A DNA stretch of 64,000 bases from Coniocarpon cinnabarinum (lineage: Eukaryota). The number at the start of each line of letters is the position of its first letter. Positions within the stretch are counted from its first letter, which is position 1. Under the pieces are notes generated by a model. The model saw only the letters and a list, made by a program, of their open reading frames with translations, was not told where the DNA came from and ran no database searches. This document shows, piece after piece, positions 35,513 through 46,649 of this stretch. The DNA lies in contig JAVECO010000007.1 of assembly GCA_051942205.1 (NCBI GenBank), positions 186,001-250,000 of the forward strand, written 5' to 3'. Both the position numbers and the translations under genes were made by a program.

Positions 35513-35823
35513 GGTCCTGCTAGAACACAACGTGGTCGATTGACTAGTCAACAACTCTATGGATTTGCAAAAGGCATAGCGTGGACTTGATTTGACTTGG
35601 TTTTAGACAAAAGCCACTGGGTCTTGCGCATCGAACCTCAGAGCTTGGACCGCAGACGTCATCAGCCCTACCCGTGACCTAGTGTCCTTTTCCATTCAGG
35701 TTTGGCAAGAACGCAAATAGTCCCTGGATCTTTGGCTAAAGCCCAGATACCACATACCCATCTTGGACTTTGTGATTGTTCAATTCACCCTCGACCCTTA
35801 ATCGCTCATATCCAGCCTCAACA

Positions 35824-36398
35824 ATGGTGAAGCTTGAAGAAGTCGAAGACGAGGCGTTTGTCCAGAGGCAGCCCGGCGACGATGGTGAATGGGATACAGA
35901 CGATGGTAAGCGTACTTCTCACAGGCAAGGAGCAGCATAAGTTGTCATGGTTAACCGAGTCCTATCACAGAATCCGACATCAGTTCTATAGCTTCAGGCC
36001 CCGACGACGATGACGCACCTCTCAGTGAATCTGTGACAGATAGGCTTGCAGCACTTGCAGATATGGTTCCACCTCATACAAGATTGCAACTCCAGAAGAC
36101 AGCAAGCGCCGCGTCTGATTGGGGCTGGTGGGGATTCAGCGGCCTCTGCAAGGCTTCTTGGCTTATCACAGTCAGCGGCTTGCTCATGGGCATTCCGTTT
36201 GCTCTGGCGCAAGTGGAAGATCAGCAGTTTGCGTTAGAAGAGAAGCAGCAGCAAATGCAGCAAGGCTCCAACGATGTGAGCACCACTCGCTTCCCTCCCT
36301 AGAAGAACCGAGCTCACTTTAGACATGTCGCTGACAGGGTCCAGATAATGGCTCCAGGGGCCACAAGCGCCACACCAAAGACACAACAAGCGCTATAG
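35824..36398 (+). CDS. TOM22: Mitochondrial import receptor Tom22
   Basis: MVKLEEVEDE..., acidic N-terminus, 'ESVTDRLAALADMVPP', TM segment WLITVSGLLMGIPFALA. Introns 35906-35970 and 36276-36344. Confidence 0.92.
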
Positions 36399-37306
36399 TA
36401 ACGCGGAAGGATCTTCTTTTATCCTTGTATAATTATTTGGAACAATACCACTCTACCAGCATTGAAATTGGCCTATCGCAGTCAAATAGTGTTTTAGTCT
36501 ATTCCAGGATACCCTACATATATCTTCTAGGGACCTATATTACAATACGTTTCTCTTATGCTTGGTCACTTCAATCTTCGTAGGGGAAGATAGGGCCATA
36601 CAAATTGAACCACCGTCACAGGAAAAACGCAAACATGGTAACTGCAGATGCCATCCGTACCTATATTGAACTCGTTGGGAATTCTGTGGCTCGATACCAG
36701 TTGCATGTTCCGACCAGTTGATTAATGACCGATAATCCCGCCACGTAAAGTATAATCAAAGCTCTGCAGTCGTGAGCGCCAACTCAAACAGCCTTCACAT
36801 TGGGCCATCATAGATCTCTTTCCTGCATTGAGGCTTCGACACGAGGCATTTCTCCAGTCGACCGATATGTTCGTGTCACGTGATTTGCCACCTGTCAAGT
36901 TGGGCTTCAATGAATCCCCGACGGCCTCAAAGCGCTTTCTACATTTCATGTCCAGCAGTGAGCAGGGAGAGAAGTTGGCAGCTTGCTGCATAACAGATCA
37001 AAAGTGATCGAGGGCGATGCGACAGATGTCTGGCGGCGATCGAAGAGTCTGGAGATGATCGATTTAGGGGCATATTATTAAGGCAGCGATGCCAAGCCAG
37101 CGTCGTCTCAACTAACTGGAGCGTGGCTTCTCGCCCAGCCTAATCTCCCCCAAAGAGAGGGGGGCAAGATTCTCTTCCTTTTCCCTCACACCTTCCTGCC
37201 ACGCTCGTCATCTCGCTCGCTCGTACCGTCACTCTCTCTGCTTCACTCTCATCCGACTTCGAGCACCGCGTTCACAGCACTATCGTCTCACTAGCCGGTG
37301 GCCACC

Positions 37307-37330
37307 ATGGCGTTTCCCTGTCTCCTCTAA
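37307..37330 (+). promoter_or_regulatory. Candidate uORF1 (MAFPCLL*) in the samB/MUB1 leader
   Basis: GCCACCATGG context, downstream of a pyrimidine-rich tract at ~37170-37260. Confidence 0.45.
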
Positions 37331-37764
37331 GCGCCCAGCCCGCGTCATTGCTCAGGCACCCGCTTTCTACACTCCTCACAACTGCTACAATTCCCCTCAA
37401 TCCCCGTGCAAGTCTTCTCTCCCTCATCAATACAAACTACAGTATCTGTTTTACATCTGTCCTACGCATCTTGGAAACTCACAGCGGATCCCTCTCGAGT
37501 CTCCCCGCACAAGCAGCCGTCAAACCTCGAGCTCCTCAACACAGCCCATCTCTAAGAAGCATCATTTGAGTCAACAAAGCGCCTGAACCGCTTGTTCGAA
37601 GCATTTTTGACATACCGCTACGATCCTATCGCAAACCCGACCATTCGTCGCCTGTGCTCGCCTGGAGTATTCGCTCTCTCTGCGTGCGACTGTCACACAG
37701 CTGGGCTGCGGCACCGCGATCACCAGTCCATGTGTATTGAGAGCGCATCGCACGTCGAACCAAG

Positions 37765-39635
37765 ATGAGAGAGGTCAATTTCAGCATACCCTCATCTAAC
37801 CGCGCATCTGTCAATATCACCACAGCTCTCTATGACCGGCGTGCCCTGGACTGCACCTCCACCCTACCTCTAATCAATTCACTCAACCATCTTTGCTACC
37901 TGACGACCTCGTCAGCACGGATAAGAGAAATTCTGACCGTAGATGGAGGCATCGAGCGCCTCATCTGCATTTTGAAAAATGGACGGTCTGATAGCAATTT
38001 CGACGTCTGGAAATGGACCTTAGCCTTTCATTGCGTGGTGAACATTGGTGTGAGAGGCTCAGACAGCAAAGGCCCAGACGGCAAGGGCTCTGACAGTCGG
38101 GGCTCGGAGAACATTCGAACCCGGGTGGTGGAAGCCGACATCGTCCCGGTCCTGGCGACAATTCTGAAGAATTATGACCAGATGATCACCAAAACGCGTA
38201 CTCAGCAACTCGATTCTTCCGACGTTCGAAGAAGTCGCGCCAGAGCTGGCTCATTTAGACGCAGACGCGAGGAGGACGGTGAAGCAACCCCTCGAGCTTC
38301 GTCGAGGCGAGATGCTCCGCCGCCGATTTCAATCCCAGTATTTCCTCAAGCACCTAGCTTACTGCAGGTCAACGCTCCTATGGGCGATAGAACCACGTCT
38401 CCCAGACGACATGGCTCGCACCGTCACCATCGACGCCACGTGTCACTTCCAGGACATGCCCACAATACGGTTCACGATGTGCGCGAAGAGGGACGTGGAA
38501 GAGGATTATCGCAAATGGATCACGTTGGCGCTGGCGAAAGCACATTGCTTCCTCCTATGACTGCTACTTCGCAGCCTGATACCCCTCTGACACCTCGTCA
38601 GCCTTCAGCAGACGCTGTTGACTCGTCAGTAATGGGTGAATCCACGTCGACTTCTCGAAGGCCCAGCCCAAGGCGACCTTCGATATCGCGGGAAACCTCG
38701 ACCTCGGAGAATTCCGATGAGGAGCAGCCGAGTCAGGGGTCCGAGGACACTGTCACTGCTATCACCGAGAATATCAATGCCGTGGGCGAAGGACCCAGCA
38801 TGCTCGATGGACTCGATGGTCAGTCTTCTCTGGATGTGGATGCAACCGACAATGCAGAGACAGTGACACTTAACATCGGACACCCTCCGGCTGACGGCAG
38901 CATCATTGATTCGAGAGCTACGCCGACTCCTCCAATGCGTATGGAGGCGCCTGTTGTACTCAACAATCCAGCACTCGCAAATCCCCCTGCCCCGGAAGTG
39001 CCTGATACTGGTGCCCGACCAGCTGGTCGAGAACGACTTTCTGGACCTTGTGCAACTTTTGCTTCAGCTCCTCGGGACGAAGACGTGATCATGTCTCTTC
39101 AATTGTTAGCGTATATCTCGAAATATTGCGATTTACGTTCCTACTTCCAGCAAACCCATTTCGTCCCTCGCCTTAAGATTCGAAAGTCAGAGCTTGCTCA
39201 GATGGAGCCGGCATGCAGCATGATGCCACAATCAAAAGCAGACAACGAAGTCGACGACGAGGAAGACTATGACAATGATGGTGAATACTGTCAGCCAAAC
39301 GATGTCAACATCTTTCCTCTTGTCGAGAACTTCACCATCAAATGGCATAGTCAAGAAATGAAGTATTGGGCTGGCGTAGTTATGCGTAACCTTTGCCGAA
39401 AAGACAAGTCTCGAGGCGACATCCGTCAATGTGCGTACTGGAAGTGTGGCAAGTGGGAAGACTTTGCCAAACAATTTGCAAAATGTAGACGGTGCCGTCA
39501 AACAAAGTACTGCTCGAAGGAGTGCCAGAAAAGGTGAGCCCTCTTCAGGGATCCGTCCTGTTATTGCGTACGCTAATAATTGCAAGTGCCTGGACGCTAC
39601 ACAGGTGGTGGTGCTCGGAAGCAATCCAACGATAA
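37765..39635 (+). CDS. samB: MYND-type zinc finger protein SamB/Mub1
   Basis: N-terminal ITTALYDRRALDCTSTLPLINSLNHL, YWAGVVMRNLCRKD, MYND finger CAYWKC...CRRC...YCSKECQK. Intron 39534-39586 completes SAWTLHRWWC. Confidence 0.93.
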
Positions 39636-40101
39636 TACTGCTCTTTGGCAAACCTGTACACAAACTCGTCACTGAGGATGCGCGTGCAATTGATTTTACA
39701 GAACACTATCAAATTACGATCCTTCACGATCATGTTTATGAACCAATGTCCAGGTTTATAGGATGGCACGGCGGTCGACCAATAAAACGACGTTCGTCCA
39801 ACGCACGAGAACACATATTACAACCGTAATCTAATTACTTTACAATCACTTACACCACGCTGAAGTCCCTACCATCCAGCATCCTTTGGATTTGAAGGCC
39901 CTCAGCCCTATTCAAAGCCGCAATAGCACCGCCGTACGTGTAGGCATGTTGGCATACACAATATTCCAAAGGACCGCCGTCCGCATAAGCTCGTCGTCAT
40001 CGATGCATGGTTCGTGACATCATGCAGGTTGGCAGCGCCGTTTGAGTTCCTAAATCAATCACTCCACTGGTAGTGGAGCGATTCTTCCGGCTTCGAGATC
40101 A

Positions 40102-40125
40102 CACGTGGGTCATCACGTGGGTCAT
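40102..40125. promoter_or_regulatory. Direct tandem repeat (CACGTGGGTCAT)x2 containing two E-boxes
   Basis: Exact 12-bp duplication about 710 bp upstream of the dioxygenase ATG. Confidence 0.45.
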
Positions 40126-40832
40126 CAATGCGGCCATTTCCACTCACAACCCCACGAGCAAAACGCAAAAGGTCTGCGTACAACAACATGGCCCTTTAAT
40201 GGTCTGATCAAATCCATTCTACACCTTGCGAGCGAACGAACCTCAATACTGGACAAGGCCTGGCAGGCAATATGGAGAAAATTTGAGCGTTTTCTAGACC
40301 GACAAGGATTGTTTGTGCCTGGCAAAAGTGGGGGCGATAAAAATCAAGACTTACGTGCTGCTGGTACGGCGCGCGATGCTGCACCGACCAAGGAGCTTCC
40401 GGGCGTTTGCAAAGGGCAGGCGTTGGCTCTAATGCAACACAAGAACTGAGCCACAATCAAATTGTTACACACACCACAGGCATGTGTAAATGATACAGCC
40501 ATATCATTGTCCCTTATGTAAAGTGTCGTCATTGGCGCGAGCTAATGAGGAGTTCTCGAAACACCGCTTATGAACAGCTTGATACTTGTAAATAAATGTT
40601 AATGAACCTACCAATCGTACAAGTTCCTCACCGTTGTATGAGCATCCACGGATGTACGCTTTGCATGTCCCACCTAAACTCTCGTTAGCTGTGACAGGGT
40701 GTGAGTCGTATTTTTACAAGCACACAGCCCAGAGCCTCAACTTGACACCTGATGACAGCACCCACTCTGCAGATTTTCGAGACTTTGCTTTGATACTTAG
40801 AAACACAAAGTCGGCTTCACTGATTCGATGTC

Positions 40833-42221
40833 ATGAATGCGAAGACTGGCGTCCAGAATGCTCACATCCCAGTAGTCAGCTTGAAGAGTCCAAGCGCGCC
40901 ATCCGAGTTGCTTCAAGCTGCTTCAGACAATGGCTTCATGTTTATTGAGCATGATGATAGCGTCGAGCCAAAGCCTAGTGAGGTGGCCAGCTTATTTGAT
41001 CACGTAAGTCTGTGCTATTTATAATCCACGGTCAAGCTCAAGCAAGCGAGTATGAAACAAAACATTTGGAAGTGATCATCAGCGCGGCGGCCAAGGCTGG
41101 TGTACAAGAGACTTTGAAACAGATGAAATTATACACAGCAGTACACTACCAGCCTATGCGAAAGTGCATGAGCAAGTTTTAACCCCTGTAATACTTTCCA
41201 GTGTGAGCATAGGAAAGCATAGCTCATGTGCTAACATCGGAATCGAGTCTCGCGAGTTCTTTGGATCTCCTCTAGACGTCAAGGCTGAATGCACAATCAA
41301 CACTGCGAAGTCTGGGAAGAATCATGGATGGCTTGGCCCAGGGGTTGAGAATCTGGATCCCGCTGGACAAAACGTTGGTGACGGCAATTTCTTATAGCAC
41401 TACAAGCCCCCTTCTTCCAAAAGGAACAGCGCTGACCTTCGCCTAAACAGAGACCGGAACACAAAGAAGCTTTCAACATTGGACCATTCGATCCATCGAC
41501 CCATCAGTCTCGATCGAACCAGCCACTCCCTCGACCACTACAACCATACCAAACAGAGCTCAGCCGCTTCAGTCAAGCCTGTCATGCACTCTGCAATCGT
41601 ATTTTGACCTTACTTGCTTCCGCGCTTGAAATGCCTGACGAGGAGTGGTTCTCTGACCGCCATCACTACGCCCATGGGAATTCGAGCATTACGCGCTTGC
41701 TATACTATCCAGCCATGAAGCCTGGCACTCTTCGAGATGAGCGCGACATCAGAGCCGGCGCTCACAGCGATTACGGGTCCGTCACGCTGCTGTTCCGACT
41801 ACCGGGCCAGCCCGGGCTTGAAATCCAGACGAGGGATGGGAGCTGGGCTCCTGTGCCAGTTGATCCGAAAGCGCAGCTACAAGGAGCTCTTGGGGAAAGC
41901 ATGAGCACAAAACAAGGTCATGCTCTGCCAATTCTGGTGAACATCGGAGATGTACTCAATTATTGGACGAATGGACTCTTAAGCTCGACGGTACATCGAG
42001 TCGTTTTCCCTCGCGACGGCCACGGCACCGGAGGGGATCGGTACTCCATAGCATACTTCTGCCACCCCGACGACGAGGCAGAGCTAACAGAGATTCCAAG
42101 TCCTGCAGTCAAGGCCATGAATCGCTCGGAAAAGGACGAAACCAAGCCCATTGAAGGTGTCAAGACAGCCAAGGATCATCTCAACGCTCGTCTGGCAGCG
42201 ACGTATGGAATCAAAAGCTAG
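40833..42221 (+). CDS. 2-oxoglutarate/Fe(II) dioxygenase (DIOX_N + 2OG-FeII_Oxy, IPNS-like fold)
   Basis: IPVVSL, GFMFI, SREFF, HKEAFNIG, RLLYYP, HSDYGSVTLLF (HxD), VNIGD, STVHRV, RYSIAYF. Introns 41004-41247 and 41374-41450. Confidence 0.9.
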
Positions 42222-43032
42222 AACAGAAGCTGGTAGATAGGCAGGGTTGTGGAAGCAATGCCTAGCTCCTCTGAGCGCCTCCAGACTTGAGGATGAGCAT
42301 GAGCTACGTCCGGGAACATCAGGATGTTACGAGCAAACAGATCTGGTAAATTCCTGCGCAAGCGATGCATTGAATGATACTAGGAACACAAACATGGCTC
42401 TGTAGAGTCTGAATCATGGTTCCGGAGCTGAATGCACAGCGCCGCGCCTTCGAGTCATACAAACCAACGAGCTTGGCTGCTTTGCTGAGTGCAAGTCGAC
42501 ACAAACGAGGCGAGTGCATAGAGCGTTGCAGCACTGCGACGCCAGCCGCTGGGTTGATGCAGGTGCAGTTGCGCAGTTGCTCTTGGCCTCCGACTTGTGA
42601 CGTCGAACTTCATTGAGCAGACAGTATACGCTAGTCAGAGATAGGAATAGCGCCTTGCTTGGGCTCTCCTGTCTTTCTCGAATCGCCTTTCTGCGCCTCC
42701 CCATCATTGTCCATCCATCGTCACGCAAGAGACAAAGCTTCTCAGATGTTGCATATTTTTGCCTGCTCGTCTGGTCACTGGTCCCGCAGCGACCCAGCAC
42801 CAGGCAACAATGCTGCCTCTGAGGCTGTGCTGCCTCGTGCCTGGGCGAGCCCTCTGGCTACAGTCACGCCGCCACCGATACACAGTCTGAAGGCCTATGC
42901 TGCTCGACTGCTTCATCACTGCTTCTGCTCCTGATATTCTTTTGCACCTACGTCTCCCTCCATGTAAGCCTCTCGAGCGCTTTTTGCAGACTCTGAAATT
43001 TCGTGAGGACTTGCCCATTAGAGTTGCGCAAG

Positions 43033-45180
43033 ATGCACAGGACCATGCTTTGCCTCGTGATTCTCTTACATCTTATGCTCTCCGTCTCCGCGCAACAGGC
43101 ATCTGGTGCAGATTGGACTACCCAGTGCGCGGCCAGAATCGAGGCAGAATTCACAAGTGGTAATCTTTCGGCGGATGACGCCAATTTCTTTACTGGCGCA
43201 GATGGCAAGGCGAACTCTGCGCTCACACTGCCCGATGCTTATGGAGTCACGTATGAGAAATGTCGGCACACCTGTGCCAATATTGAAGCCTTTAGCTTTT
43301 CAAATTTTTCGAGCGAGACAACAAACTGGCTGCTTCCTTGGCTCGCGTTGACGGCTCAGCTTCCCTATGAGACACCAACGCCCCCTCAGGATGTTATGGT
43401 GAGTCCTTCGAATGCTGATTGCTGTTACACAGATGGTTTTTAAGGTTTTGCGGCGGGTGTAGCAATGATTGAGAATGATGCAGGCTCACACTCAACATGT
43501 TAGGTAGCTTTGCTGGCTGTTGGCAGTCCCATGCTCATCACTTATAGCCTGGTCTTGACAATGCTACTCAAGATCAGAATCAGACGAGATTTCAACCACC
43601 TCATACAGCGTGCTGATGCACCGCACATCTGCACCTTGCACCATGGCCTCCCAACAAGGTTGCGTTATGCTCAAACCGTTGTCGAAGAGACTATTCAAAA
43701 CCCTATGAGGGCATGGGGCCCGAACGAGGAATTGAGCAGCTTGGTAGCTCTGCGAGCCAATCACGCCTGGTGGGAGATTATGCATGATCGGCTGAAGCAC
43801 GCAAGGCGAGGAGTCACGGCTTCTTTGATCATACAAGTAATTATCGCCGTGGTCGCCTGGATCTTCACAGTCATTGATGCTATTCGTCGCCCTACCGATG
43901 TTGGAAGCTCAAATGCGATGGCAACCTCCACCATGTGGACTTGGATCCTGCCTGTTGTAGTTGGTTGGGTCAAAGTGGGCACTCACGCCAAAGTGGACAC
44001 ACTTCAACGTGCGCTGCAAGGTGCAAGACCTATCATGGATCACCTTGATCAATCCACAGGAAATGATGAACACCGTGCAACACGTCTTCGGGACTCCCGC
44101 GGAAGCATCTCTGACTCTTATGCTTCTGGATGTATGAAAGGCACAATAGACACAATTCTTCTGGGAGAGACCATCATGCCATCTCATCACGAGGCAAAAG
44201 AGATGACGCTAGATGATGCGGCACCCGAAGAAGATCCATGCACTGACGACAATAAAAGCCAACAAGCGGAAGCGTCGGATGAGACGGTTGGCGAGATATC
44301 AACGAGGACTTTCCTGCCTGAATCATCGTTAAGGATGCGGCGAACACCACAATGTGCAGGTGCTCAGAATGATAGAGGCCCTTGTAACAATTACGCCCGG
44401 CTTTTGACGCATTATGCCTTTCATGAGACCCTTTACTCCGCCTTTGCGACTCTCATCGACCGTGCGCAAACCCATGCTGGACCACGAGACGAGGCAGTGC
44501 AAGAGGAACTAGATCAGGCAGCGATTTGCCACGCCCTGACAGTGCAGTCAGCCGATGACCATGCCATGTCTCTTGCACCGATCCTTGGAAGAACGACGTA
44601 TCTGCCTTGGTCGCACATACCACTTTCTCTGTGGCGGGACGTTATCACTGCCATGCTCATCGCCATTTTTCTCCAGTGGGGAACTACGGGTGCTGCGCTC
44701 CTGATTGGTCTTTACACACCGCCCATGGGATTCGGTTGCCGAAGTGCCAGCTACGTGCTCTATGGCATGCTCTCTTCGTGCACGTTCTTGTTGCTCGTTG
44801 GAGCCTCCATGCTCTCACATCAGATCATGCTGCGCCGCCAAGTAGGGAAGTCTGAGAAGGCGACTGGCGCACACGCCCTCCGCTTTTTCTTCGGGTTATT
44901 CAGGCTGGTCGGCAACATTATTGGCGCTGCCAATGCGGTATGGCTTGTCCTCTCTTCCATCCTCATGCTGGCTGGGTTCTATGACACCTGCTGGTGCAAC
45001 GCCAATTGGATCGCAAAGCATGGACAATGGGGGGTATTCCTTTTCCGCAGCATCAAGGAAATGAATCCACTACTTCCGGTCTCATGGGGAAGTGGAGTTG
45101 CATTCAGTGCGAGTGTATGTGCTCTGACTACCTTCGTGCTCTGGCTTGGATCAAGCGCTGAGGTGAAGGAGCGAGCGTGA
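43033..45180 (+). CDS. Uncharacterised fungal multi-pass membrane protein with signal peptide
   Basis: Signal peptide MHRTMLCLVILLHLMLSVSA, Cys-containing ectodomain, WLLPWLALTAQLP, intron 43399-43503, then LAVGSP, FLQWGTTGAA, GFGCRS, YDTCWC and several hydrophobic helices. Confidence 0.8.
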
Positions 45181-45499
45181 CAACTTTCTCGGAGAGACTC
45201 GTGGGAGTGGTAATGAGCCATGAGATTGAGTATTACTAGAACCTTCGTGGCAAGAAGAGACCGTTCGAGACTAGGTGGTTGTGTTGCGATGGTGTGTCCT
45301 CGTCCAAGCAACTATTTTCAATTTCGGTAATACCATTTTTAATGTTGGATGAGCTTTTCCATATAGTTGCAATTGCAAATCGCCACGCCAGGTAATAATT
45401 GCGCTCTTCACGGCAGTGTTTCCCGTGGTCGCTCACCATGAGACCGTCCAACATGGACGATCAGCAAGACCAACGAAGAATAGAGCATTCGTATGGCTT

Positions 45500-46325
45500 T
45501 CAATTTGTTGACTTGTCGTTCTTGGTTACTCGAGAAGCTTTAAGCCGTGCGAGGTCTTCATCGACCAGAGCCATTTCTGCTTCAATACGCAGAAGCCGCT
45601 CCTTCAGCATTTGCTGATACTCTTCGTCGGAGAGCTTTGACATAGGTGACCACTTCATAGACGCAAATCGGTCGAGAAGACTCGGTCGTGACTCCCGTTC
45701 TGACTTGTCTTGCAGCCTCGGGGAAAGCACGCCTACTGCAAATTGTCCGAGGAGACCTAGCCAGCCCCATACGATCATACCTGGAATGACGTTGGATCGT
45801 CCTCGGAAAACAGCAGCTGTCAAGGCTCCAGCACTGACGCCTCCGATTGTGCTTGCGCTGTACTTATCGCGCGGACTGGGATTCGGGATGGGCGTCTTCC
45901 CAAGCTGTGACATGAGCTCCAGAGAGCCCAGTCGAGCACCTACGCACAAAGATATGAGTCTTCCTACGAGCATTGCACAGCGTTGACGAGCCAATAATCA
46001 TACCGGTGAATACAAAGCCGAGGGTAAAACATTGAGCTCCAGACACAATAGCAAAGATGCCTGGTGTTCTAGAGGAGAACAGACCACCAATACCCCCAAA
46101 TGCCGCTCCACTTATACCTATAGTAACATTAGTCTTTCCCTAAATGTCTCGGTAGGGCAGGCGAGGTAGATGCATCAAGTCCAAGCATTCAGGAGAGTAT
46201 CATTTGGTGGATACAGTCTGCACGCAAAGCCAGTTCATGGACCTACCGGTTCCGGCACCGACCAAGCTTGCCTGTGTGGCAACGTTGAGAATCCATGGCG
46301 TTAGCACCGTATCTCGCGTAGCCAT
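45500..46325 (-). CDS. Tim17/Tim22/Tim23-like Gly-rich membrane protein
   Basis: Introns 46118-46246 and 45940-46003 give MATRDTVL...GAGTGISGAAFGGIGG...GGVSAGALTAAVFRGRSNVIPGMIVWGWLGLLGQ...WSPMSKLSDEEY and a C-terminal coiled coil. Confidence 0.7.
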
Positions 46326-46649
46326 GCAGTTCTCTGGGATGCATGTCGCCAGTGCTACTTCGACAGAACATGGAAGTCGGATAAGTCACGTGAGTTGAGC
46401 CACGTGGGTTTAAGTCGAATGATAGATTTGTGACACTTCTAGAAGTGCAAATACAGCTCAAAAAAGAAGCACTTTAATTTTATGTGGCGCGTTTCACAGA
46501 AGTACAGATGCCCACTTGCGAACCTGACGAGACTTTTTCCGAGACCTTTTCGAGGCTCCCCGGTTCTTGCAGCAATCGCTGTGACCGTTAAGACTAGAAA
46601 GCTAACCAGCGCCAGTCTAATATCACTGACGCGCACACCATCGGCAACC

